A DNA stretch of 64,000 nt, taken from Candidatus Spongiisociaceae bacterium. Its GTDB lineage: Bacteria; Actinomycetota; Acidimicrobiia; Spongiisociales; Spongiisociaceae. The translations under genes were made by a program, and so were the position numbers. The first letter of the stretch is position 1. The number at the start of each line of letters is the position of its first letter. This document shows, in pieces, positions 37,309 through 46,353 of the stretch. The notes under the pieces were generated by a model that was given only the letters and a program-made list of their open reading frames with translations, had not been told where the DNA came from and searched no databases. The stretch covers positions 756,321 through 820,320 of the forward strand of contig OZ243930.1 in NCBI GenBank assembly GCA_965213975.1. Direction: 5' to 3'.

Positions 37309-39842
37309 TCCCCGTCGAGGTCATGCATGGCGGCAGCCACTGCTCCGGCGGTGGGAACCAAGCCGATCTCACCGACGCCCTTGATGCCGTACGGTGCCAA
37401 GGGCTGGGGGACCTCGACGAGGATCACCTCTATCTTGGGCATGTCCTTGGGCCGGATTATGCCAAGACTACGGAGGGTCATGTTGGTCGGCCTACCTTCA
37501 TGGTCGGCGGGGAACTCCTCGGTGAGTGCGTAGCCCAGACCCATGTGGACCGATCCCTCGATCTGGCCTTCGCACAGGTTCGGGTTGATGGCCCGCCCGA
37601 CATCGTGGGCTGCCACCACCTCCTCGATTTGGCCGGAGGCACGATCGATGATCACTAGCTGAGCGGCGTAGCCGAACGCCGAGTGGATTACCGGGTTATC
37701 TAGGCCTTCGCTAAGAGAGTTGGTCCAGTCGACCCGATACTCACCGTAGTAGTCGACCTCGGGAAGGCGACCACCCGCATCCGCAGCTTGACAAGCCGAT
37801 TTCACCGCTCCCGCCCCCATGAGGGTGCCCCGAGATCCGGTGGTTTGTCCGGCACCGAGTTCCCGGCTGGTGTCGACTACGACCCTTATCTTGGCGGGGT
37901 CGATGCCCAGTTCTTCGGCGGCGACCTGCTGGGCGACGGTGTGGATTCCCTGGCCCATCTCGGTCCAGCAGTGCCGTACCTCCACTGTTCCGTCCCTCCC
38001 GAACCGGACCACCGCACCGGCGATCTCTTTGAACCCGTTGCCGAGCCCGCTGTTCTTCAGGCCCAGCCCGACGCCTACCGCCTTGCCGGCGGCACGAGCG
38101 GCGTCGTAGTGGGGCTTGACCGCCTCCAGCGCCTGGAGTGCCCCCCGGCATCCATCATCCATAATCTGGCCTGGCCCCCACACCACGCCGGGTTCCACCA
38201 CGTTGCGGCGTCGCATTTCCCATCCGGATATCCCCACCGCATGGGCTAGGCGATCAAGTACCCCTTCCATTGCGAATTGAGCCTGGTTGGCCCCGAATCC
38301 GCGGAAGGCACCGCATACCGGGTTGTTGGTGCGGGCCGCCACGGCCTCGACGTCGATATTGGGAACGACGTAGGGACCGGACGCGTGGCCAGCAGCCCGT
38401 TCCAGCACCTTCATTCCCACCGAGGCGTAGGGGCCAGAGTCGCCCAGCATGCGTGCCTTGAGGGCGGTCAGCTTGCCGTTGTTGTCGCAGCCAGCCCAAA
38501 GGTCGATCCGGATCGGGTGACGTTTGGCGTGGATGCGCAGCGACTCCTCCCTGGAAAGGGTGCACTTCACAGGGCGGCCGAGGAGATGGGCTGCCAGCGC
38601 GGTTTGGGCCTGGTTGGCCATGTCCTCCTTGCCCCCGAAGGCCCCTCCGTTGGAAACCAGCTCCACGGTGATAAGAGAGGGGTCGAGGTCAAGGACCGCC
38701 GCCATCTGGTCACGGTCATCCCAAACACCTTGGCCCCCCGAATAGACCATCAACCGACCGTTCCCGGCGGGAACTGCCAACGTGGATTCCGGTTCCAGGA
38801 AGGCATGTTCGACGCGCTGGGTCACGAATCGCTCATGTACCTGGTGAGCAGATGTTTGATAGGCCGACTCGAAGTCGCCGCGGGCGTACTCCGACGTGGA
38901 GAGGATGTTGCCGCTCAACCCCCACACGGCATCATCTTCTGCCGCGACCGCCTCGGCCGGATCGGTAAAGGGGGTTAGGACGACGTATTCCACATCGATG
39001 GCCTCAGCTGCGGCCCGAGCCGTCATTCGATCCTCGGCCACCACCATGGCCAAGACATCGCCGTAGTAGGAGGTACGTCCACCCTCGGGGATGAACACGG
39101 GCCAATCCTTGTGGATGAGGCCCACCCGCAGGCTGCCGGGGACGTCGGACGCAGTGAGCACCGCTGACACGCCCGGCATGGAAAGGGCCCGGTCGGTGTC
39201 GATGCGGATGATGTCGGCTCGAGCATGGTCGGTCAGTCGCAAAGCTCCGTGGAGCATGCCCGCAATACGGATGTCATCCACATAGTTGCGGTCGCCGAGC
39301 GCCAAGTCGGTGCTCTCATACTTGATGCCGGACTTGCCGACTCCCGAAGCCTGCTCGAGGAGCGGGGTTTCTCCTTTGGCCAGGACGTCGATGGCGTCGA
39401 AGATCTTGGTGTATCCGGTGCACCGGCAGAGGTGAGCTCCTAGCCGACCGGCCGTTACCTTGCGGGTGAGGCCAGACCCCTTCTGATCGATCAGCGCCTT
39501 GGCCCTAACCAGGATCCCGGGGGTGCAGAACCCGCACTGGAGCGCTCCGGTAGCGGCGAACGCGGAGGCGAGCCGGTTTCGTTCCCCCGGCTCGAAACCC
39601 TCGAGGGTCACTACCTCCTTGCCGCGCACCTTCTCAAGGGCAAGGACGCAAGCCACGAAGGCCCGACCGTTGACTAGGACTGTGCAACAGCCACACTGTC
39701 CGGAAGGAGAGCAACCGTCCTTTACCGAGGTGATATCGAGTTCTTCTCGAAGGGCGGCGAGCAGGTGAGGGTGATCGGCGCTCACGGCTACGGGCTCACC
39801 GTTGAGGGTGAACCCGACGGTGCGCTCTGCTAGCAGGGTCAT
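37260..39842 (-). CDS. Molybdopterin-dependent hydroxylase with fused N-terminal 2Fe-2S domains (XdhD/aldehyde-oxidase-like). No FAD domain.
   Basis: N-terminal plant-type and second 2Fe-2S motifs (CSPSGQCGCCTV...QCGFCTPG...CRCTGY). Large MoCo-binding aldehyde oxidase/xanthine dehydrogenase a/b-hammerhead and MPT domains. Confidence 0.85.
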   Translation of the reverse strand: MTLLAERTVGFTLNGEPVAVSADHPHLLAALREELDITSVKDGCSPSGQCGCCTVLVNGRAFVACVLALEKVRGKEVVTLEGFEPGERNRLASAFAATGALQCGFCTPGILVRAKALIDQKGSGLTRKVTAGRLGAHLCRCTGYTKIFDAIDVLAKGETPLLEQASGVGKSGIKYESTDLALGDRNYVDDIRIAGMLHGALRLTDHARADIIRIDTDRALSMPGVSAVLTASDVPGSLRVGLIHKDWPVFIPEGGRTSYYGDVLAMVVAEDRMTARAAAEAIDVEYVVLTPFTDPAEAVAAEDDAVWGLSGNILSTSEYARGDFESAYQTSAHQVHERFVTQRVEHAFLEPESTLAVPAGNGRLMVYSGGQGVWDDRDQMAAVLDLDPSLITVELVSNGGAFGGKEDMANQAQTALAAHLLGRPVKCTLSREESLRIHAKRHPIRIDLWAGCDNNGKLTALKARMLGDSGPYASVGMKVLERAAGHASGPYVVPNIDVEAVAARTNNPVCGAFRGFGANQAQFAMEGVLDRLAHAVGISGWEMRRRNVVEPGVVWGPGQIMDDGCRGALQALEAVKPHYDAARAAGKAVGVGLGLKNSGLGNGFKEIAGAVVRFGRDGTVEVRHCWTEMGQGIHTVAQQVAAEELGIDPAKIRVVVDTSRELGAGQTTGSRGTLMGAGAVKSACQAADAGGRLPEVDYYGEYRVDWTNSLSEGLDNPVIHSAFGYAAQLVIIDRASGQIEEVVAAHDVGRAINPNLCEGQIEGSVHMGLGYALTEEFPADHEGRPTNMTLRSLGIIRPKDMPKIEVILVEVPQPLAPYGIKGVGEIGLVPTAGAVAAAMHDLDGEWRNHLPMTVHHRPEA

Positions 39843-39879
39843 GAGCAGATGTCCTCCCCGCCGGACTAGCCGGCCTTTT

Positions 39880-39935
39880 CCACCAAATTTTACATTTTGT
39901 CAAATCCTAGCAAGTGTGTCCGGCTCGTAGGAGCT
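39880..39935. promoter_or_regulatory. AT-rich divergent control region between the xdhD-like operon and the MTH1187-family gene
   Basis: ccaccaaattttacattttgtcaaatcctagcaag. On the minus strand this reads TTGCTA, 15 nt, TAAAAT (a -35/-10-like pair) and also contains TTGACA. Confidence 0.35.
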
Positions 39936-40016
39936 TGCTCGGCGGCAGTTACGGTGCTGCTCCGCCTCGTATTCGCATCCCTCTAGTCTGGTTGGCCGCG
40001 GAGAAGGCGGAGGTCG

Positions 40017-40247
40017 GTGCGAGCCAACGTAGATTTCACAGTCGAACCATTTGCCGAGGGTAAGCCGGGTCCTCATGTTCAGGCGGCCATTAGGGCACTG
40101 GCTGTCTTGGACCCCGATGTCGGACCTTTCGGCACCACCGTGGAGGGAGACCTTGACGAGACCATGCAGGTCGTCCGGGACGGTGTGGCGGCGGCGGTGT
40201 CGGCGGGTGCCACCCGCGTAGTGGTGAGCATCACGGTCACGCCGTGA
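40017..40247 (+). CDS. MTH1187/YkoF-family (DUF77, thiamine-binding-like) protein, C-terminally short
   Basis: VDFTVEPFAEG...PFGTTVEGDLDETMQVVRDGVAAAVSAGATRVVVSITV matches the MTH1187 family pattern. 76 aa, versus about 100 aa typical for the family. Confidence 0.55.
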   Translation: MRANVDFTVEPFAEGKPGPHVQAAIRALAVLDPDVGPFGTTVEGDLDETMQVVRDGVAAAVSAGATRVVVSITVTP

Positions 40248-40612
40248 GTGCCGAGCATCCGTTGCTGGAGGCGGTGCGGCCCCTAGTAGCGGCGGTTGGA
40301 GCCGAGATCATCGAGCCGGGCGGGGCCGACGATGGCTGTGTTCCGCTGGAATGGGAAGGCCGTGTCGTCGGGGCGGTTCGGCTTCACACCCTTCACGATG
40401 CGTTGGATCACCTAGTGGGGACGGTCGAGGCTGAGCTCGGTGGAAAGTTGGCCGATCTGGGACGAGTACAAAAGCAGGTGGCGGTGCGCTTGCTGGACGA
40501 ACGGGGTGCCTTTCGGCTGCGCAAGTCCATCAATGAGGTCGCTGATCTAATGGGGGTAAGCCGCATCACCATCTACAACTATCTGAACACCATCAGGGAC
40601 GCACAGGCCTGA
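40244..40612 (+). CDS. Small regulatory protein with C-terminal Fis-type HTH
   Basis: Overlaps the previous stop by 4 nt. C-terminal KSINEVADLMGVSRITIYNYLNTI resembles HTH_8 (Fis/NtrC-type). Confidence 0.5.
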   Translation: MSAEHPLLEAVRPLVAAVGAEIIEPGGADDGCVPLEWEGRVVGAVRLHTLHDALDHLVGTVEAELGGKLADLGRVQKQVAVRLLDERGAFRLRKSINEVADLMGVSRITIYNYLNTIRDAQA

Positions 40613-40935
40613 TGACCCCCCGCATCCTCTCCGCCCTCGTGTCGCTGGGCATGGCGCTGGCGGTGCTCTCGTGTGGGGGATCCGATTTACCCGAAGACGC
40701 CACCGGCGAGGAGGTATACGTGCGGATGTGCGCCCGCTGCCACGGTGCCGACCTATCCGGCGGTGCCGGTGTGGCGCTGGCAGGTGAAGGGGCCGAGTCG
40801 GCCGATAAGCCGGAGACATACCTGGTGCAGTCGATCACCTACGGGATCGGGAGGATGCCGTCCTTTCGCGGCACTCTCACCGATGAACAGATCTCGAGGG
40901 TGACACGCTACATAATGGAACAACAGGGTCGCTGA
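40612..40935 (+). CDS. Class I c-type cytochrome lipoprotein
   Basis: The ATG shares one nucleotide with the preceding TGA. Signal peptide with lipobox LAVLSC. Haem-binding CARCH. Distal Met in GRMPSF. Confidence 0.7.
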   Translation: MTPRILSALVSLGMALAVLSCGGSDLPEDATGEEVYVRMCARCHGADLSGGAGVALAGEGAESADKPETYLVQSITYGIGRMPSFRGTLTDEQISRVTRYIMEQQGR

Positions 40936-40950
40936 GTGGCGAAGTGGCGT

Positions 40951-42990
40951 TCACTGCCCAATCGGTCGGATAGCCGCTACCGCATCCGGGTTCTCCAGAC
41001 TGGTTAGATCACCCGCTTCTTCGCCGAGAGCCCGGGCTCGAACCACCCGCCGCATTATCTTCGCCGAACGGGTGCGAGGGAGATCGGTGACCAACTCAAC
41101 GACCGCAGGCCGGAACGCCTTGCCCAGATGGTCCATGATCGAGGCAGCAATCTCGGCGACGATATCGCCCTGGCGTCGTGGTTCGGCGGTCGGCACCGCA
41201 AAGACCGCGATCGACTCCCCCTTCATCGGATCCGGTATGCCGATGGCGGCGGCCATTACTACGTCGGGGTGAGCTACCACCGCTGATTCGATCTCCGCGG
41301 GACCGATCCGCTTACCGGCCACGTTCAGTGTGTCATCGGAGCGTCCGTGAAGGTACCAGAAGCCATCCTCGTCAACAGAAGCCCAGTCGCCATGGACCCA
41401 GATGTCAGGCCAACGGTTCCAGTAAGTGGCAAGGTAGCGATCATCGTCGCCCCAGAACCCGCGGGTGATACCGGGCCACGGCTTGGTACATACCAACTCG
41501 CCCACCTCGCCTCGGATGGGCAAACCATCCCCTCCGTAGACATCTATCGCCATTCCCAGGGCCGGTCCTCCCAAGGAAGTAGGTTTGATGCCTTGGAGCA
41601 TGTTGACCGACAGCAGGCAGGCACCGATCTCGGTCCCGCCGGAGATATTGATGATTGGGATGCGCTCTGCCCCCACATCCCGGAAGAGCCACCACCAAGG
41701 GTCGGGATTCCAAGGCTCCCCGGTTGAGCCGATCGCCCGCAGCCGCGAGAGGTCGGCGGTGCGGGCCGGTGCCGAACCGTGGGCCTGAAGGGCACGAATA
41801 AGGGTGGGGGAGATGCCCAGCACGGTGATCCCGAGGGATTCCACCAGCTGCCAAGTCCTACCCGGTGTCGGATAGTTGGGTACCCCGTCGAAGCATCCGA
41901 TAGAAGCTCCGTTCCCCAGCCCGGCTACCACCATCCATGGGCCCATGATCCAGCCCATGTCCGTCATCCACATCACCCGATCCTCCGGTCTGATCTCGAA
42001 GGAGAACGCCCCTTCGGTGACCAGCTTCACGGCGAGACCCCCGTGGACGTGGACTACTCCCTTGGGCTTCCCGGTTGTGCCGGAGGTGTAGGCGAGGAGC
42101 ACCGGATCCTCGCTCTCGGTCGGGATCGCGGGCTGGCGAGGGGCGGCCTCCAGAGCTTCGTCCCAGAACCGGTCTCGTTCGTCGTTCCAGGGAAGGTCCG
42201 TCGGCAGGTCTGTCCTGCCGAGGTTGGTGACTACCAGCGTCGTCGGGCTGAGTTGGGCCATCGTGAGGGCCCGATCGGCGGTCTCCTTCATGGCGACGGT
42301 CTTGCCTCGGCGGTGATAACCGTCTGCGGTCACCATCACTGCCGGTCGACAGGCATCCAAGCGGGAGGCCACCGCCTCGGCACCGAAGCCGGAGAAGATC
42401 GGTACGTAGATCGCCCCGATCCGGGCCGCCGCCAGCATGGCCACCACGGCGTCGGCGGTCATAGGCAGGTAGACGGCCACCGTGTCTCCCTTCGATGCCC
42501 CGGCCGCACGTAGCGCTCCGGCGGCTCGTTCCACTCGCTCCAGGAGTTCGCCGTAGCTGAGGCGATGTTGGGTGCCCTCTTCGTTCTCTGCCACCAACGC
42601 GGTCCGGTCGGGTTCCGTCGCCGCCCAGCGATCCACGCATACCTCGGATAGGTTGATGCGTCCCCCGCTAAACCACTCCGGGTGCTGCATTCCTTTTCTG
42701 GTATCCAGGATCGTCCGATACGGTTCGTAAAATGGGATACCCAGGTAGCTGACCGCGGCGGCCCAGAACCACTCAAGGTCATCGATAGAGCGGCGAACCA
42801 GATCCGCATAGGATCCGATTGAGTGTTGCCGCATGAACTCCAGGGTGCGGGACCGGGCTAATTCCTCCGGGGAGGCCGTCCACACGATGCCTTGGCTGGT
42901 CAACTGCGCTCTCCGTCCGCCATGGGTACTGTCCGGGTAGCTTATTGACAAATGCCCAATGTTGCGGAGCTTCTCGCTGGTAGCCTTCAC
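40951..42990 (-). CDS. Acetoacetyl-CoA synthetase-like acyl-CoA ligase (AMP-forming)
   Basis: AMP-binding YTSGTTGKPKG. AacS/ACS-like N-terminus (EFMRQH...YADLVRRSIDDLEWFW). C-terminal lysine motif SAKIMRR. The true start is probably downstream of 42990. Confidence 0.8.
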   Translation of the reverse strand: MKATSEKLRNIGHLSISYPDSTHGGRRAQLTSQGIVWTASPEELARSRTLEFMRQHSIGSYADLVRRSIDDLEWFWAAAVSYLGIPFYEPYRTILDTRKGMQHPEWFSGGRINLSEVCVDRWAATEPDRTALVAENEEGTQHRLSYGELLERVERAAGALRAAGASKGDTVAVYLPMTADAVVAMLAAARIGAIYVPIFSGFGAEAVASRLDACRPAVMVTADGYHRRGKTVAMKETADRALTMAQLSPTTLVVTNLGRTDLPTDLPWNDERDRFWDEALEAAPRQPAIPTESEDPVLLAYTSGTTGKPKGVVHVHGGLAVKLVTEGAFSFEIRPEDRVMWMTDMGWIMGPWMVVAGLGNGASIGCFDGVPNYPTPGRTWQLVESLGITVLGISPTLIRALQAHGSAPARTADLSRLRAIGSTGEPWNPDPWWWLFRDVGAERIPIINISGGTEIGACLLSVNMLQGIKPTSLGGPALGMAIDVYGGDGLPIRGEVGELVCTKPWPGITRGFWGDDDRYLATYWNRWPDIWVHGDWASVDEDGFWYLHGRSDDTLNVAGKRIGPAEIESAVVAHPDVVMAAAIGIPDPMKGESIAVFAVPTAEPRRQGDIVAEIAASIMDHLGKAFRPAVVELVTDLPRTRSAKIMRRVVRARALGEEAGDLTSLENPDAVAAIRPIGQ

Positions 42991-42992
42991 CC

Positions 42993-44129
42993 ATGAACGA
43001 TGAACGCATGAGCGAACCGCAGAAGGCCCACCCGCCGACTTGGGTGCCCCGCCTCATCCTTATGGTTGCGGCGGGATTCCTGGCCACTTACCTGGTGTTT
43101 TGGTCGGTTATCCAACTCAGAAGCTTCCTGACGTTGCTGCTTCTGGCCTTGTTCGCCTACTTCGCCTTAGAGCCTGCCGTGGCCTTCCTCGCCAAGCGAG
43201 GGGTCAGGCGAGGCCTCGCCACCGGTCTCGTCTTTCTGGCAGCTCTCCTAGCGGTAGTCCTGTTTGTCGGGGTAACTTTGCCTCCGTTGGTCAGCGAGGT
43301 GGCGGCATTGATGGCCGCTCTTCCCGACTGGCTGGAAAACCTCACCGTTACTCTGCAAGACAGCTTCGGCGTCGATCTCAACCTGTCCAACCTTTCCGAG
43401 GGCGCCATAGACATCGAGGACGCCCTCGAGACCTACGCCGACTCCCTGGCCAGCGGACTCTTGGGGGTGGTGGGAGTGGGAGCACGCGTCGTCGGGGTGG
43501 TGCTACAGAGCTTCACCCTCGCCATGTTTACCTTCTACCTCTTGGCGGACGGCCCCCGATTCCGTCGGCTGGTTCTCTCGGTAGTGAAGCCGGAGAGGCA
43601 GGCCGAGGTGCAGCGAGGTTGGGAGATTGCCATCGCCAAGACCGGCGGCTATGTGTACTCCCGCGGGCTTCTTGCTCTGGTCTCGGCGGTGGCCACCTTT
43701 GTGTTTCTTGAGCTGATCGGCATTCCCTACTCGCTGGCGTTGGCGGTATGGGTAGGGGTGGTTTCCCAGTTCGTGCCCACTGTGGGTACCTACCTGGCCG
43801 GAGTGGTCCCGATCCTGGTGGGGTTGACGATAAGCCCCCTAACCGCGTTAGTCGTGCTGGCAGGCATCCTGGTCTACCAGCAGTTCGAGAATGTGGTGTT
43901 GTCTCCGCGGATTACCGCCCGCACGATGAGTCTCCATCCCGCGGTGGCGTTCGGTTCAGTGATCGTCGGAGGCACACTCTTGGGCCCGGTAGGGGCGTTG
44001 GTAGCCCTCCCCGCGGCGGCCATAATCCAAGCGTTGCTGAGCGTATATGTACCTCGATACGAGGTGGAGGAGCCTCACTCCGAGACAGCCGACGAGGCCG
44101 ATCATGAGGACGACCCGTCGCCCTCATGA
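42993..44129 (+). CDS. AI-2E family transporter (UPF0118/PerM-like)
   Basis: 8-TM architecture and sequence pattern of the AI-2E family. Acidic C-terminal tail. Confidence 0.75.
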   Translation: MNDERMSEPQKAHPPTWVPRLILMVAAGFLATYLVFWSVIQLRSFLTLLLLALFAYFALEPAVAFLAKRGVRRGLATGLVFLAALLAVVLFVGVTLPPLVSEVAALMAALPDWLENLTVTLQDSFGVDLNLSNLSEGAIDIEDALETYADSLASGLLGVVGVGARVVGVVLQSFTLAMFTFYLLADGPRFRRLVLSVVKPERQAEVQRGWEIAIAKTGGYVYSRGLLALVSAVATFVFLELIGIPYSLALAVWVGVVSQFVPTVGTYLAGVVPILVGLTISPLTALVVLAGILVYQQFENVVLSPRITARTMSLHPAVAFGSVIVGGTLLGPVGALVALPAAAIIQALLSVYVPRYEVEEPHSETADEADHEDDPSPS

Positions 44130-44228
44130 CGCTTGGTAGTATCGTTTCCTGAGGGCCGGGAGACTTGGCCCACACCACAACTCTGACCCTGGGCGGTTCT
44201 ATGTCGAAACTCACATCCTGCTGAAGTT

Positions 44229-46262
44229 ATGGTACGGGTAGCCGTCGATATTGGGGGAACCTTCACGGACGCGGTGCTCATCGACGACAACGGCACCACC
44301 CGGACCGCCAAGGCCCTGACCACTCCCTCCCGCCTGCATGAGGGGGTCTTGGCCGCGATCGATCGACTGGGTGTCGACTGGAGGCGATTGGACTCCATAA
44401 CCAACGGGACCACGGCGGGCTTGAATGCGTTTCTGGAACGGCGGGGTGCCGAGGTGGCCTTGGTCACAACCCGAGGCTTCCGCGATGTGTACGAGTTGGG
44501 TCGTGCCAACCGGCCGGACATGTACAACGTGCGCTACCGGCCGCCCACCCCCCTCATCCCGCGACGTTCTATCTTTGAGGTGGACGAGCGAATGGCACCC
44601 GACGGTTCGGTGGTCCGACCGGTTCCGGGCACCTCGGTTCGAGAGCTGGCCCTACGACTGGCTGGTGATTTTCGGGCGGTGGCTATCTGCCTGCTCCACT
44701 CCTACGCCAACCCCACCCATGAGCAGGAAATCGCCGACGTAATCCGCTCCATCGACCCGACGATCTCGATCGTCTGCTCATCCGACATCGCGCCGGAATG
44801 GCGGGAGTATGAGAGAACTAGCACCACGGCCATCGCCGCCTACGTGGCCCCAATCGTTGAGGGTTACCTGAGCGAGATCGAACAAAGAACGGAGGAACGG
44901 GGGATGCGGGGTGCCTTTCGGGTCATGCAGTCCAACGGGGGAGTGATGTCCGCCGCCTCAGCCCGCCGCAAGCCCATCCAAACCCTCTTCTCAGGTCCAG
45001 TCGGCGGCACGATGGCCTGCCTGTCTCTCTCCGCGGACCTAGCCGAGGAGATCTCGGCCGACCGGCTTATCTGTGTGGATATGGGGGGCACGTCGTTCGA
45101 TATGAGCCTGGTAGTGGACGGCCGAGCCGACGTTGAGCTGGAGTCGGAACTTCAGCGCCATCCCGTCCTAGCCCCCTCGGTCGCCATTCACACCATCGGG
45201 GCCGGTGGCGGCAGCGTCGGCCATCTCGCGGGCGGCGGGTTGAGAGTCGGCCCACGATCGGCCGGGGCCTCGCCTGGACCTGCCTGCTATGGAGCGGGTG
45301 GGACCGAGCCGACGATTACCGATGCCAATCTCTTCCTGGGAAGGCTGCCCAGCACTACCCGCCTCGCCGGTGGAATGACCATTGACCGTGCTGCTGCGGA
45401 GGGCGCCCTTCTCTCGGTGGCTGAGCGGGTGGGTCTTGACGTAGGCGAGCTGGCGAGCGGGATGATCGCGGTGGCCGACTCGACCATGGCCAACGCCATA
45501 CGAGAGATTACGGTCATGCGAGGAATCGATCCGCGGGACTTCGTCCTGGTGGCGTTCGGTGGTGCCGGGCCGCTCCACGCTGTCTCGTTGGCAGAGGAGT
45601 TGGACTTGGGTGCCGTTGTGGTTCCGGTGAATCCCGGTGTCCTCTCCGCCTACGGCATGCTTTCGACGGATACCCGCCATGACGCCGTCCAGAGTTTCTA
45701 CGTGCGCGTGTCGGATCTGACCGAGGAAGCACTTGAAGCGGCCCTCGCCGAGCTTGAGGAGCGGGCGCGGCTCATGGTGAAGGAAGACGGGTTCGACGAC
45801 CAGGCAATATCGCTGGAGCCCTCCGCCGATCTCCGCTACTCGGGGCAGGAATACACGGTAACCCTTCCTCTCGATACCACCCGGGGCTTGGCGAGCCTCA
45901 TAGCCCAGGTTTCCGATCAGTTCGCTGAGGCCCACGAAGTCCGCTACGGGCACAGCAATCCCGGCGAGGCAGTTGAGTTCGTCAACCTCCGCATGGCAGC
46001 CTTCGGGGCGATGACCAAACCCCGGCCCGCGCCGCTGCCCACCGGAGCAATGCCGAAGTTCGTGGACCAAGAACGCACGATGTTCACTAATGGATGGCGG
46101 GACACCCCGGTCTACCATCGTTCTACGCTTCCCCCCGGTGGCGAGTTGGCCGGACCGTCAATCGTCTTGGAGGATGCATGTACGACCCTGATCCCACCCG
46201 GTTGGTCGGCGACAGTATCCCGCCACGGGCATCTCCTGATCACCCGGCGTGATCAGATATGA
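44229..46262 (+). CDS. hyuA: Hydantoinase A / N-methylhydantoinase A / 5-oxoprolinase subunit (HyuA family)
   Basis: N-terminal VAVDIGGTFTDAVLIDD actin-like ATPase motif. Full-length Hydantoinase_A architecture of 677 aa. Confidence 0.85.
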   Translation: MVRVAVDIGGTFTDAVLIDDNGTTRTAKALTTPSRLHEGVLAAIDRLGVDWRRLDSITNGTTAGLNAFLERRGAEVALVTTRGFRDVYELGRANRPDMYNVRYRPPTPLIPRRSIFEVDERMAPDGSVVRPVPGTSVRELALRLAGDFRAVAICLLHSYANPTHEQEIADVIRSIDPTISIVCSSDIAPEWREYERTSTTAIAAYVAPIVEGYLSEIEQRTEERGMRGAFRVMQSNGGVMSAASARRKPIQTLFSGPVGGTMACLSLSADLAEEISADRLICVDMGGTSFDMSLVVDGRADVELESELQRHPVLAPSVAIHTIGAGGGSVGHLAGGGLRVGPRSAGASPGPACYGAGGTEPTITDANLFLGRLPSTTRLAGGMTIDRAAAEGALLSVAERVGLDVGELASGMIAVADSTMANAIREITVMRGIDPRDFVLVAFGGAGPLHAVSLAEELDLGAVVVPVNPGVLSAYGMLSTDTRHDAVQSFYVRVSDLTEEALEAALAELEERARLMVKEDGFDDQAISLEPSADLRYSGQEYTVTLPLDTTRGLASLIAQVSDQFAEAHEVRYGHSNPGEAVEFVNLRMAAFGAMTKPRPAPLPTGAMPKFVDQERTMFTNGWRDTPVYHRSTLPPGGELAGPSIVLEDACTTLIPPGWSATVSRHGHLLITRRDQI

Positions 46263-46353
46263 GCAATGGCTCTCCGTCCGAGGGTGGTGTTATAGGTTTC
46301 TCTCTCGTGGCGGGTAGGTGCCAGCCCCGAGGCGAGCAATAAAGCGAGGTGCA

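Noticed and set aside
37309-37480. Longer N-terminus for the SsnA-like gene encoded in another frame (frameshift) within the xdhD-like 3-prime end
   Set aside because: Translating the third minus-strand frame upstream of 37308 gives SRASVRSAWFPPPEQWLPPCMTSTG, with no resemblance to the SsnA N-terminal beta-sandwich. The protein is most simply N-terminally short.
39843-40016. TPP riboswitch upstream of the YkoF/MTH1187-like gene
   Set aside because: No CUGAGA, ACCUGAUCUGGAUAAUGCCAGCG or other conserved TPP aptamer elements could be found in the leader.
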